Shown here: positions 29,744 to 42,500 of the stretch, piece by piece
Layout: each line of letters begins with the position of its first letter
How positions within the stretch are numbered: the first letter of the stretch is position 1
NCBI GenBank assembly: GCA_001643675.2
Contig: LSRY02000015.1
Coordinates: forward strand, 620,001-684,000
Length of the DNA: 64,000 nt
Source: Monocercomonoides exilis PA203
Lineage: Eukaryota; Protista; Preaxostyla
Direction: 5' to 3'
The notes under the pieces: generated by a model
The model's database searches: none
What the model was told of the DNA's origin: nothing
Seen by the model: the letters and a program-made list of their open reading frames with translations, nothing else
Made by a program: the position numbers and the translations under genes

Positions 29744-32700
29744 CTACTGTATCTTTATTTTTTCACTCGCTTCTTTCTTGTTTTGTTGAGAACTCATGTT
29801 AAGTATGTAATGAACTGGGCTTCTCGAGTAGAGCCTCTCTTTCCGTTCAATTTGGATCCTTTTATCTGAAAGAACAAAGATACGGCGAAGCTTATTTCTA
29901 TTTTTCTCTTTCATCTCCTCTCTTCTTACCTCTTCTTTACTTCTCATCATCTTTTTTTGTCATATTTAAAATGTCACCTCAAAAATAATACAATCTTTTC
30001 TTCTTTTTATTTCTAAAGTCATCTCAATAATCATGCACTAACATATTCCTGTTTTTGAATTTTATCAAAATTTTTAACGGTTGCTTGTTTAATTAGACAA
30101 CAGTAAATAGAAAAGCAGACCATCCCATCTTCATCGAATCCGCTTAGAAACTCTAAAATTAAAGGAATTTGCTTGCAATCATTGTAATAAATAAAAGTAG
30201 GGTGAGTGATAATTTATGATAGTTATTTGAAAACATTAAACAGGCTTTTTTTTCGCTTTAACTGGAAAAATCAAAAGAAATTGCATTGACACAAGAATGC
30301 AGCAAGAGACTTATTCCTGATCAAATATTGAAGGAAATTCCAAAATGTGTATTTCAAACAAATCTCTAGTCAAATAAGCACGAATTTGCTTCAACAGATG
30401 AGAATAGAAAGTTTTTATCTGACTGACTTGATTGCGTACAAAAGATTCAATAATCTCCGACTCTTTAATAATTGACAGAGAATCAGCAGGAAAAAACGGA
30501 AAGTGGGAAGACACAAAAGAACTAACATTTTGCACTCCTCGTATTCTCTTAATTCGAACAGGATGCGAAATAAAGCCATCAACAATTGGCGGTATTTCCA
30601 TAACTTCCGCAACCATCTTCGCCACTTTCTCATCGATCAGGTTGAATTCTTTTATTCCCAATTTCCTGAGTCGTTTGCACAGCCCAGCTGTGTATGGCTC
30701 GCGGAAGCCTTTGCCTCTTTCTTCATTGTCCAGTGTGATGTGCTGATTTCGCAATGGTACCTCAACCAAAGGCGCTGATTGGTCGAAAATGAAATGCGCC
30801 TCTTCTTCTTTGTATTGATTATAAGCGTTAAACATGTCGAACTTGTATCGAATATAATTTGAAAAGGGCAATGAGTCTTGAAATTTTTTGAAAGGAACGC
30901 ACAAATTGGCTTGTTTTTTAGATTTCTGGTGTTGACGAATTGTTCGAGATGTTTGAGAGCTGAAAGATGGCTGAAGAAATAATTGTGAGTATCCATCTGG
31001 GAGTTGAGCTTGTATCGGAGAAGTTGGTTCTTCTCTTTCTTCGGAAGGCACGTTTGTTTCATCAGTGCAAAATGAATTGCTGAATATACTTGGAAATTCA
31101 CTTGAAGTCTTCAAAGGGAAGTGAGGTGAACTACTAAATAACTGAAAAGATGATGAGAGAGGCAATTCTTGAGTTGAAATGCTATCAATTTTAGAGTTAA
31201 TTTGATAAGGATATGACGAATTTTGAGAAAAAGAAGGCTCTGAAGAAGGATAATTAAAGAAAACAGAATCTTTAGTGGAATATTCTATGCAATTATCTTG
31301 AGACGCTTGATGCTCCATATTGCTTAGAAATCGTTTTTTTGAATGATCTTGTTCTGATAAAGCCATTCTGCATATGTCCTTTTGGCTGGTCGTCGAAAAA
31401 TCTGAGTGATAAAGCGGAGGCGGCTCCTTATTTGGACCTGTCTGATATCGCTCAGAATTCGCAATAAGAAGACGTTCCAAGTCGGAAAGACCCTGCCATT
31501 CATCCTTCATTTGGGCTCTGCGTTCTCGTTTCTCAACCAGCTTCTTCAACTGCTCAAGCTTTTCTTGCTCCGCTGGATGAGTCGGTTCAGGTGCATTTAT
31601 CAGCATGCTCTTCAGTTCTTCTAATGTGAGTTTGCTTGCTATTTTACCGTCTTTCAGCACATAAATGTCTTCTTCCTCAAATTCCCAATCTTTTTGTTCT
31701 GCTTTCTGTTCAGCTTCTTCCCACATTTTTGTTTCGTTCTCGTCCACAATCCAATCTTTCTTTATCCATTCTCCAAATAGTTTCTTGTGAGCGTATGCCT
31801 CTTTTATTTGCTGTCGTACAATATCTCTTCGCTTTTTCGTCAATTTTCCGATCTCCTTTGAAGACGGATCATAAATTGATGAGTTTTGTTCATTCGTTTC
31901 TGCATCTTGCGAAAATGTTGTTAAATTGTTATCAAGATTTTGTTGCATCTTATTCTTTTTAATTGAATCCTGCAATTCACCCTTTTGGCTCTTCATTGTC
32001 CGAACCATTGCGCTATTTGGGGCTGCCAATGCATACTCTTCATCTTCCGCTTGCCACTTCCTTATGCACTCATCTCTGCTCATCTGTGCAGCCGATGATA
32101 CTCTTTCTCCATTGATTTCCACTTCAATTCCAGGCACCAGTTGCGCTTGAATGGGCTTCACCGTCCAGCGTGTGATGTTTGCTTCAAGGAGTGAGTCTAT
32201 CTCTGATGAGTCGATTGAGTCATTATCTAATTCAGGGCTTAAATCGTGAGTGTTTTGCAACTTATAGTTTGAATCATTTGTTAGAATGTTGCGTTGAGTT
32301 TTCGGCCAATCTGTTTCACAAGTTGTTGATTGATTAAGAATGTTATCAACTTCACAACGATTTTCCTTTTTGTAACCTTTAACTTTTGTTGGTGAAAATA
32401 TGTCCACTGAATCATTTTCGTCAGTTTCTTGCTTTAACATATTCTTTGCTTTTCTTTCGCTTTTCTTAAGATTCTCTCTGAAAGTTATCCTTTCGTATTC
32501 TTTTTTGATGTCAGATAAAAATTGCAGCTCAGTATAGAGCTGATTTCTGCGCTCTGCTATTGAAGGATTAACTCTCAATCGTTCAACATGCTCGCGAGTT
32601 AGAAATGTCTCATCATCTTTTATGTATTTCATGGGTGATTTGGTAGAAATATCTGAAATTCTTTCCGAAGTCAATAAAATCTCATTATCGCTTTTCCTGA

Positions 32701-33064
32701 GAGGGCTTCCCTCAGCACCTCTCACTTCTGGTACAGGACGATGAAGCATTCTGAAATCTTTATTTGAAAATGAAAATGAAGAAAGTTGTTCTGAAGACGA
32801 CGAAGAAGATTGGGTTGTTGTCCTGAAACACGTGTTTGCAAAGTTATAAGAATAACCGCATATGCCATTTGAAAAGGAGGATGTTTGTAATAAACTTGAA
32901 GTTTTTCTTGGTTTAGAAATGAAACTGTTGTTCGGATTACTTGGCAGTTTTTTATCAACAGAGCTCCGTGAGAAATCAAAAGGTAGTGATGATGATTGAG
33001 ATATTTTTTCATAAGAATTTGAAAATGTTCGAAAACCAGAAGTCATGAAAGAAGTAAAATACAA
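29744..33064 (-). CDS. Hypothetical coiled-coil protein: large exon 33064-~30320, with probable small 3' exons down to 29744
   Basis: 917 aa ORF, plus downstream coding-like blocks on the minus strand (~30090-30155 and 29744-29950). Exon structure uncertain. Confidence 0.6.
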
Positions 33065-33594
33065 AATAGTTCTTGTAATACAATGCTAATAGGAAGTTGT
33101 ATCTTTATCTTATTCTCAGATAAACAATATATAATTTACGCTTTTTAGAGTATTTGTTTAATGTTCAGTTTGAAACACTATTTTTTTAACGCAAAAATGA
33201 ATAATTGCAAAAAATTAATAATGGTGCCTGCATGATAGATATCAGCGTTTAAGAAAAACATTTGAAAAATCTTATAGGATGTGTTCAGAATGCAACCATA
33301 TATTCGATTTCACAATCTTTTGGAAAATATTGAAGAAATTTCACAATATGAAGTTATTTCTGTTTAATTTCAAAATAAGAAACTGAAAGCTTGTGCTAAA
33401 AAATGGAAATGAAAATATTATTGTTCATGTGCTTCAAATGCGTTTAATAGAGAAATGGTTCCATGAAATTTCAAAAAGAACCCATCGTATTCTTTATTCA
33501 CGATAGTTAAATAATAAAAATCGATATTGATATGACCAGATGAAATGCTAAAGAATCAGATGAAAAGTTCATTGAAGAAATGAAGTGGATAAGC

Positions 33595-36500
33595 TCAGTC
33601 AATTTGAGAAGGCTCCCATTCTCCTGTTGAAGGGTAATACACAAAAAAGCTAAACGCCTGTGAAAATGAACCGGGGTTAATACACTTTGTATCCTGATAC
33701 GTGAGATTAAATTCTGGCCATGAGTCTCCAATTACAACCTTGTGGAATTCACATGAAACGAAAAATAATAAAATTTCAAATAGCATTGGAAAGGGGAAAA
33801 AAATAGCTTGCTATTAAAATTGAAAAGTCAAAAAAAAAGCATACGAAATGTGGAAGAGGATAAAGAGATAACGAATCTGCATGAGACCACATAATTGGCT
33901 GAAGTGCAAATGGAAGAGGCGCAAGTGTTGCTTGGTCAAACAGTGTTCTCAACATCTGCAATTAATTAGACAATTATTATTATTATTATTATTATTAGAA
34001 ATATTTCTTTTAAAAAAATTGATTATGAAAATGAAAATAGCATACAAATTGTGAGATAACAAATTCCTGTTGAGCTTTTGATTCTTCAATCTCAAACGCT
34101 GTTGGAATTTGTGAAGAAGATGAGGTTGTCACCAATGACGTAGATGATGCTGATACCGAAGCAGAGGACGGCTGTGAAGATGAAGAGGCATTAGAGTTAT
34201 CTGTTATTGAGCATTGAGATTCCAACTGAAATTGAAGGTTCTCAGAAGAAGAGTCAGAAGAATGCGAAAGCGACTGAGAAAGGGGGTGTGAGATTGAGGC
34301 GGATGCGTGGCACACCCGACGAAGCTTTGAAGTGATGTCATCTCTGAAGAAGAGAATTGTCTGATCATACACTGTCATCCTGTTGTGAAAGGTCATGCAT
34401 AGAGTCAAAATGAAAAGTGAAAAAAAAAGATATAAAAACATTTATGGAAATGTTTTGTAAAACAAAGCAAAATCAAGTTAATATTTAAAAATATATGAAA
34501 ATCGAATTAAAATAAAAAATCAAAAAAAAAAAAAAATGAGAAAAAAATAGATTTTTACAACAAAACTATTTATTTATCCATCAACTTCATTTATAAAACG
34601 CTCACAAACCTGCATGGATTTGTTGTATTTATAAAGTTGATGTTATATTTCTTAAATGGAGCAAAAAGTGAACTAAAGAGTGAGCGACGAGGAAGAATGG
34701 ATGGGGTGGGTGTAAGATCACGCGGTCCTGGAATAAAAACTTATAACAAAATTGAAATAAAGCATTCATATTGAACTTTGGTTAATGTTGAATAAGTCTT
34801 TCATACCAAATGTTGTTTTCTGAGCAATATTTGTATATTTTGATATCAAAACAGCTAAATATTCAAATTGTTTCTTCAGATTTTCCTCATCGTCAGAACC
34901 CTAATAATAAAAAGAAAAAGAAAAATGTATATCATGATAAATTAATTCGTCAAAATAATAAATAATGAAAAATTACAACAACAAAAAAAGAAAAGAAAAG
35001 AAAAGAAATAGAGAAAAAAAAAGCTACAGCACTGGGTTTTTCCAGGCGGTCACCCATCCAAGTACTAACCCAGCGTTGGCCGCTTAACTTCGGAGGTCTG
35101 AAGGGATCCGGTGCGTATGACCAACTATGGCCGTAGCTCGAACGAACAATTCTTTGCACCACTTTTATCACATTCTCCTTTCATTCACTTTCAAATTTTT
35201 AATTTATTAATTGTCTTCATTTCTTCGATATCTTTTCTTCTTTTCTCTATCACTCATTTGCATACTGCCATAACTGATTGAGAGGAAAAATTTCCCATGA
35301 GAACGATGTACTTTGGAGGAATGCTCTCGCTGTCGTTGTATCCATCAAGCAATATAGATAATTTTTGAGTAACGCGAGGCTCATCTAAATAAACATCGCT
35401 TAAAACGACAATGAACGACGAAGAGGCAGATCGGACTTGAACAAGTTGCTAAAATATGAATGAAAAAGTTTAGTAATTCATTGAATAAATATGAATGGTA
35501 TAAAAGACTCAAAAAAGATATTCTAATAAAAAGATTGAAATACTGTTTCGTTAAATGCATCCAAAGAGCTGACTTGACTTTCTTTTTGGACTTTTTGTGC
35601 TTCTTTTGAATCTGCATTTTCTCGTTTTTCACTCTTTTCTGTTCCTTTTTGAAGTCCCTTGGTTCTCCAACCTTTGAGCAATTCTGGATTTGCTTCAATA
35701 CTTTCACTCCGTTTTTCTGTCGGTGGAAAAAACAATCCATTCACAAGAAATGTTCCTTTTTTAATTCCTTTTTGAATTCCTTTCATCGTTCCAGCTTCTT
35801 TTTCATCAGCTCCTCCCATTAAGCCAAATCCATCTGAAGACGAACCTTCTGGCTCCATTCCTCTCAATTCCACATTTTCTTCTTTGTCGCTCACTTTCTC
35901 TCCATCTACAATGACAAAAGAACCTTCAGTGAAAAATCCTTCATTCACATAGCTAATTCTTTCAAAGCTCAGCGGAATTGATCCGGATGGATCTTCCAAC
36001 ACCAAATTTAACTCTTTCATCGGGCGAAGATCGTTCTGCTCTTCAACGAAACTGGACACTTGACTTGTGGGGTCTGGATTTTCTCGAAGTATCCCAAATA
36101 ACAACTTTCGTCCAGTGCTTCCAAGAAGAGAAGCAATTGGTGTAATCTAGAAATCAAGATAATTCAAATAGCAAATTGTCATTTGGAAAATTTCTTCATC
36201 ATAAAATAATGAAATGTTGATATTGTAACCTCGTTGTTATGAGCGTTAATTCCAATACCCGAATTCGTTTTTGCTTGAGAAAAAGCTGGACTTCTTAGCA
36301 GCCTTTGATACAGAATGGAATATCTTTCCACTAAAGTATTTTTTATAAAGAGAAGGAGAAAAGAATATCGATTATAAGAAATAAGCACAAATCAAACAAA
36401 AATATTCCCTTTTTGAAGATGCATCTCCAAGAATTGTTTGGTGAAATTGAGAAATTCTTTATAAAAAAAGTGCACATAAATACGTAATTATTTTCTTGTC

Positions 36501-36838
36501 ATGTTATAGAAAACTGTATCACACTCAAATCGTTTTATATCCGAGCGAAAGTGTACGAAGGGAGTTTCAAAAGCGCTTTGAACATCAAAAAAACTGTCAT
36601 CGTCTACAATAAGATAAGGATCTTTTGTTCGTTGAACATGTGCAATTGCTTCTGTAATATGTGAAAGTTTACAAAGTTGTGTATTCGAAGAGCTTAAATA
36701 TTCCAGAATATCTGTCAATAACTCTCCAGGACTTTCTTGATCGTTCAAAAACGTGCATAAATGATCCAGTCCAGCGGCATCGATATTCATGCTTTGAAGC
36801 CTGAGCTTAGATAGCACAAGCTTCCTTATATTTTCCAT
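33595..36838 (-). CDS. POLE2: DNA polymerase epsilon subunit B (multi-exon, ~10 exons)
   Basis: Spliced motifs: ERYSILYQRLLR; LEDPSGSI..GFFTEGSFVIVDG; VLSDVYLDEPRV..PPKYIVLMGNFSS; FVFIPGPRD..ILPR; TNPCR|MTVYDQTILFFRDD; TLFDQATLAPLP..PIMW..LSLYPLP; CINPGSF..FFVYYP. Confidence 0.93.
35014..35022 (-). terminator. RNA polymerase III oligo-T terminator of the 5S gene
   Basis: T9 run on the minus strand at the 3' end of the 5S sequence. Confidence 0.85.
35021..35138 (-). rRNA. 5S rRNA gene (single copy here, inside a POLE2 intron)
   Basis: Reverse complement reads AGCTACGGCCATA..GCACCGGATCCC..CTCCGAAGTTAAGCG..TTAGTACTTGGATGGGTGACCGCCTGG..GTGCTGTAGCTT. About 118 nt with paired ends (helix I), box A and box C. 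Confidence 0.96.
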
Positions 36839-37766
36839 TTTAGGAGAAAAATTCGCTTTTTGTTTTAAATAAGATGATCAATAAATAATAAAATCTTTTT
36901 ATTATCATTAATATCTTAACCATGCTATTTGAGCTTTAAAAAGTAATTTTTCAAAGAAAATGCTGTAACTCAGAGAAATTATTGCACAGGAAAATCATTA
37001 TAAGCATCATTTTTTGAAAGAACATTGAATAATTTAGAAGAATATAAAAATTTAATAATGAAAAAGTTTTATTTTATTATAGCGCTTATTGCGTTGCATT
37101 ACATCAAAAGAATGTTCTTTATCACATAAAAATTGTTGTAAATAAATCAACGTGCGTCTTGTCTATGATTTATAATTTTTCAGAAAAAACATTTGAATCC
37201 TTCTCTGAAATCTGCTTTGAACAATTTATCAATAATACAAAGACTGTAATTGTTGCAGACATATCGTATGCATTGTTATAAATTTATATCCCCTTCGAAC
37301 TTTTTTTTTCTCCAATAAGTGAATTTAAACGCTCTTCAAGCTTTCGAATAATCCAACAACTGTAAGCTCTTTCTTCTTCTTTATTTTCTTTCCTTTTTTT
37401 TTTTATGTAATGCTTGTGCTTTTATCAATTCTTTTTGAAAGGAACGTTTATAAGAATATATTGCATGCACTTTTTTGTTCAAAACGCAATGATCAACTTG
37501 GAAAATAGAATTTTCAAAATGAAAATTATAAGCATTTTTTCTCATCATCTTTTCAATAGATTCACAATCTGATTTCATTTCTGTCTAGTTCCAACGAAAT
37601 GATATCAGATTATTCTCATGAAAGAAAAACCAATAATTGTTGAAATTTCTTGATTTACATTATTCAATTAAAAAAACAGAATTTCCTTGTAATTATTATG
37701 ATGACAATCGTGATTATCTTTGCTTTGCAAAATATTAAAATAAAATGTCCCCTTTATTTATAACAA

Positions 37767-39293
37767 ATGGAACAATATGAAAACACTCAAGAAAATGAGA
37801 ACAGTAGCATGCTAATAAGTACAAAATGCGGTATTGAAATATTAGAAGATAGTGATAGTTCGAATGACGAAGAAGAGGATCTTGATCGAATGATCGTTGA
37901 GGAAGGAATTCCAGAAGATGATGAAATTGATGATGTGTCTGCTACTGGAATTAAAAGTGTACATGAAATAACTGTGTGCACTTGATAAATTATGTTATTT
38001 ATTTGTTTTTATTTGTTGAAGCCTGAACCTCCAGAAATTTCTGCGTTGCCAACAATTAATGAAACACAAGCTATTGAAGAAATTGGCCAAGTAGAGTCCG
38101 TTGTTGAGGGAATTGCTGTTGTTAAGGCGGATACATCAAAGCATATCCTTGATGCTGGGAGTCTATTGTGTTTAAGTACACGTCGTTCAATTGGTTTTAT
38201 TGAAGATGTGTTTGGTCCGGTGGTTCAGCCATTTTATACGATACGTTTAAGCAATGAATTGCTCTCATTGCCTGAAATAACAATTCGTAAAGGAACTCCA
38301 ATCTTTGCAGCATCTGATATGGAAATTATTGCTCAACCTGATAGATCAAAAGGAAGTGATGCATCAAATGTTGATGATGAAGAAATTGCAGATTACGAAA
38401 GGGAATTTTCTGATGATGAAGAAGAAGAAAAATGGAAAGCTCAAAGAAAAAAGGAAAAATTAAAATTGAAAGAAGAAAAATCATCAAAGCAAGAAAAGCA
38501 ATCTTCTTCATCATTCAGACTTCGACAAAATCGTAGAGAATCGGGCCATGAAAACGTAACACTAGGAAATGGAGATAAATTTTCCAGGAAAAAGGTTGAT
38601 GCGCCCAGTCCCTATTCTGGCTATCCCTTTTCGCAAGTTACAAATTCTCCGATGTTTTATCCAGCACCAATGGGATATGGGCCAAGTCAGAATCAAATGA
38701 TGAGTAACTCTGGTGGAAGCAACGGAGTCATGTGGATGATGCCCTATCCAATGGCCTACCCTGGTCCTGACAAGCCTCATGGGGATATTATGCCTTCGCT
38801 TCCTGTAGGAATGGCATATGGATATCCGATGAACTCTTACGTAATGACTCAGCCTCCACCTCAGCCTGGCCAAATGTTTAACCCTTCTTTCCAACAGCCT
38901 GCTCCTGTTGCTTGGGGAATGATGCCCCAGCCGGCCGCTCCTGTCGTTCATTCTGCTCAACCATCCACTTCGCCAAGCTCTTCGACAAGCACTTCTTCTT
39001 CTTCTTCTTCTTCTTCTCAGATGACGCCGGCTGACATCTTCCCTGGAAGTGCATTGCAAGCATCTGCAATCACTTCTACTACTTCATCTTCTGTGAGTGA
39101 ACAAACCTCTGCTCCCGCATCTTCAACTATCTCTACGTCATCAGCGTTGTCTTCATCCCCTTCGTCATTATCGTCAACAACAATGAATGCATCTGTTGAA
39201 GGTGTATCCTGTCCAAATAATTCAAGCACAGATTTAACTAATCCTTCTCAATCCGAATTGAATTATCAACTGTTTCAGGATCATCCTAAATAA
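37767..39293 (+). CDS. NAF1: H/ACA snoRNP assembly factor Naf1 (intron 37974-38021)
   Basis: Gar1/Naf1 domain IGQVESVV..LDAGSLLCL..IGFIEDVFGPVVQPFYTIR, the Naf1 motif KGSDASNVDDEE..EFSDDEEE, and a P/M/Y-rich tail. Confidence 0.9.
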
Positions 39294-39586
39294 TTGCGCC
39301 TCATGTTACAAATAACATTTCAGAATCAACTCAGCAATAAGCAATTTGAATTTTCAATTATTAAAAAATAAAGAAAAAGTGAATAATTTAAAATAAGAAT
39401 TGAACTTTTTTTTTAAGTGAGTGAGCTTGAAGCAATTATACGCTTAGGTTATTCGGGATTGCGAGTGCTTTGAAATTTTAAGTTTGATTTTTTGTTTATT
39501 TTTTACTTGACTGCCCTTAATAAGTAAAAGTGATTCATTTTAGAAAATTTGCAAATTTGAGTTGAACGGGTTGAAGTGCAATTTTA

Positions 39587-42500
39587 ATGATAGCATCATG
39601 GATATCTTTTATTTTTTATTTTCCATTATGCTTTGAATCATTAATTCAATCATCATATTTATCAACTTTGTCCTTGAAAAACTCGTCTTTGAGCTCATCG
39701 ATGTTTGGATTTTATCAACCACAAAATTATCATGCAATATATATTTTATCGAGTTCACTTGTTAATCTTTCAACTTGTACTGTTTTTAACACTCATTCTT
39801 TCGAAAAATCATTTTTATCTTGTTTTTCTGGATTTATTTGTTGTAACAATATTTCTTTCGTTTCAAATTCATTAGTTAATACAGTTTCCCCGCTTATTTC
39901 ATCTTCATCGTTGCATTCATTTGCTTCATCTTTATCTTTACTTATTTCATCGACGAGATTTTCAAATTTTATTTCTACGCAATCTCCATTCATTTATACA
40001 GAACATGTTTCAAGCCTATCAATATATAATAGTATTTTTTCGAATATTTCTCGTTTTCCAGCGAGATCAACTTCATTTCAACAATGTAATAATTATGTTT
40101 GTAACATTAATTGTTGTTCATGGAGTTCTGTGCCAGATGCTCTTTATTGTAGTATATTTCATACGATCAGTTCTTCATCCATGTATCTTTTTTCTTTTAA
40201 TAATTCGTATTTTGACTGCTCTCATGAATTCAATGCTTTATATACAAATCGTTCAATTCTTGAAGGAAGTGGTAAATATTCTTTTGTGAGTGATCAATTT
40301 CAAGGATGTTCTACCAACAAAAGACCATTAACAGATAAAAATTCTGACACATGTGGAGGTGCACTTTTTTTTGAAAATCAACCAAAGTCTGAGTTGACTT
40401 TGAAGGATTGTGACTTTAATGAATGCTTCGCTTATTCAAATGGAGGATCTATTTTTGCTTCGTCCATTGGAGTCGTAGAAACTGAAAATTGTACATTTAA
40501 ATTAAATAGTGTGCGCTTCGGAGGAGGAGGATCAGTTTTCTTTATGAATGTTAAAGAATCGCTTCATTTATATCAAAATCAATTTGAACGTTCAAGTAGT
40601 TACCAAGAAGGAGGGGCTGCATACATATGGAACTGCAAAGTGGATTCAAAATATACGAGTGACTCCAGTGATGAAATCCGAATTGCGCTTGATGCGGTTG
40701 GGTTTCAGGCATGCCATATAGCTATGAAATCTGGGGGCAATTCAGCTGGTGGCGGCTGTTATGTTAGTTCTTCGGGGAACATTGCGGAAGCAGGTTATCT
40801 ATGCGGAATGAAAAACATCACTGCATATCGTTGCACTTCTTTTATTGGTTCTGGAATTGCATGGATTATATTTAATGGAAATGGAGCTCTAAATGAAAAG
40901 ACTGATATTCCAGTAATTTTCAGTATGTGTTTTCTGGTAAAAAACTTCGCTCATTCTAATTACCTTGAGGATTTTAAAGATATGTTTCTCAAAGATGATA
41001 TGTTCCTTTATTCTAAAAATCGTTCACCATTTACTGAATCGTTTACAACATCAGAAAATAATTTTATCGTTCTTAAACATCCAAATGAAACGATTCAACT
41101 AGGAAACGAGTGGATTACAACCTATTCTGGTCGCCTTGTTTCACCTGAAAGTGGAGAAGACGATTCTATGTGTGGATTTCCTGGACATTCTCCTTGTTTT
41201 ACGCTTTCATCGGCACTTGTCAACGATACTCCAATTTCAGTAAACGTAGTAAGTTGTTTGCAGGGTATTTATTCTCATGAATCTCCTGTTGCACTGACTT
41301 CTTTTCAAACTGTAATGGTCAACGGTTCTGGTCCTGATGTAGTATTTTTGATTGGAAATGAAGACAGATGGAATGATGAAGGACGCAAGAAATTTGATGA
41401 TAGAAATGAAGGAAATGCAAAAATTTTTGAAAAAGATTATTTTAAACGGCAAGGATATGGTTTCGATATTGAGCAATCTGCTTTTTATGTATTTGAAGTT
41501 CGCTCTGCATATCTTACAAATATCAAGTTTCAAATTAATATTTCGTTTTTCAGTTTGAATCATCTGTCACTGATCTGTATTTCAAAAACTGTTATGGAGT
41601 TTAGAAGCATTTCAATATCCCCATTTTCTGGTGTTATTTCATCAGCAGACTCATCTTCTTCAGTAATGAATCCAACATCATCATTTGAATATTCTTTTGA
41701 TAACAATTTCAATCAAAATAATACGTTGGAAGGTGATGAATCATCACCTTATGAGTTAGCGATGCCTCTTTTTAATTGCATAAATGAAGGAATTATCCGG
41801 TTTCATGATCTTGAAGTATCTTCTTTTCAACTAATTGATGTACCAATAATATTCATTGAATACTTGAAAGAAAATGTCCTTGTGAATGCGTCGTTGTTTA
41901 AAAGCATTTCTCGCAGAAATGTCAAAACAACTCGTTCATGTTTAAAATTGCATTCTCATGCCTCTTCTTTCTTTGAAGAAAGCTTGTCAGCCACATCCTC
42001 AATTATTGTGATAAAAAATTGTATGATTTCCAACGAACTATTTCATATAAAGAATTGCACCTTTGTTGAATGTACAAGCGAGGACTCAAAAGGTGGCGCT
42101 GTTTTTGTAGCATGTAATGAGAAAATGGGTGTTTACGTTCAAAATTCCACTTTTTGCAGGTGCTCTGCTGGGAACGGCTATGGTGGGGGAGTGTATTTAG
42201 ACTTATCAAAACTACGTTCTTTGAATGAAAATGTAACCTTATTTTCATTTCTCCTTGACTCAATGAAAAACAACTCAGCTCAATTTGGACGGCATGTGTT
42301 CTGTTATATTTTGTCAGCAGAGATGCAATTATTTGACGTGCAGTGGTCTTTGGATCTTTCTGAAATCAGTCCAAGTGATAATGGATTAATAGCATTTGAA
42401 AAAGACAGCAGGCGGTTCGTTGATGTTATAGAATTGTTTATTCAATATCAAGGGCATTTCGTATATGTAAGTGGGGAAAACGGAGAAGATAATCCGAATT

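Noticed and set aside
34950-35171. 73 aa minus-strand ORF
   Set aside because: It is the 5S rRNA gene within a POLE2 intron.
39418-39475. GC-richer patch downstream of NAF1 as a candidate small RNA
   Set aside because: No recognisable C/D, H/ACA, tRNA or snRNA features.
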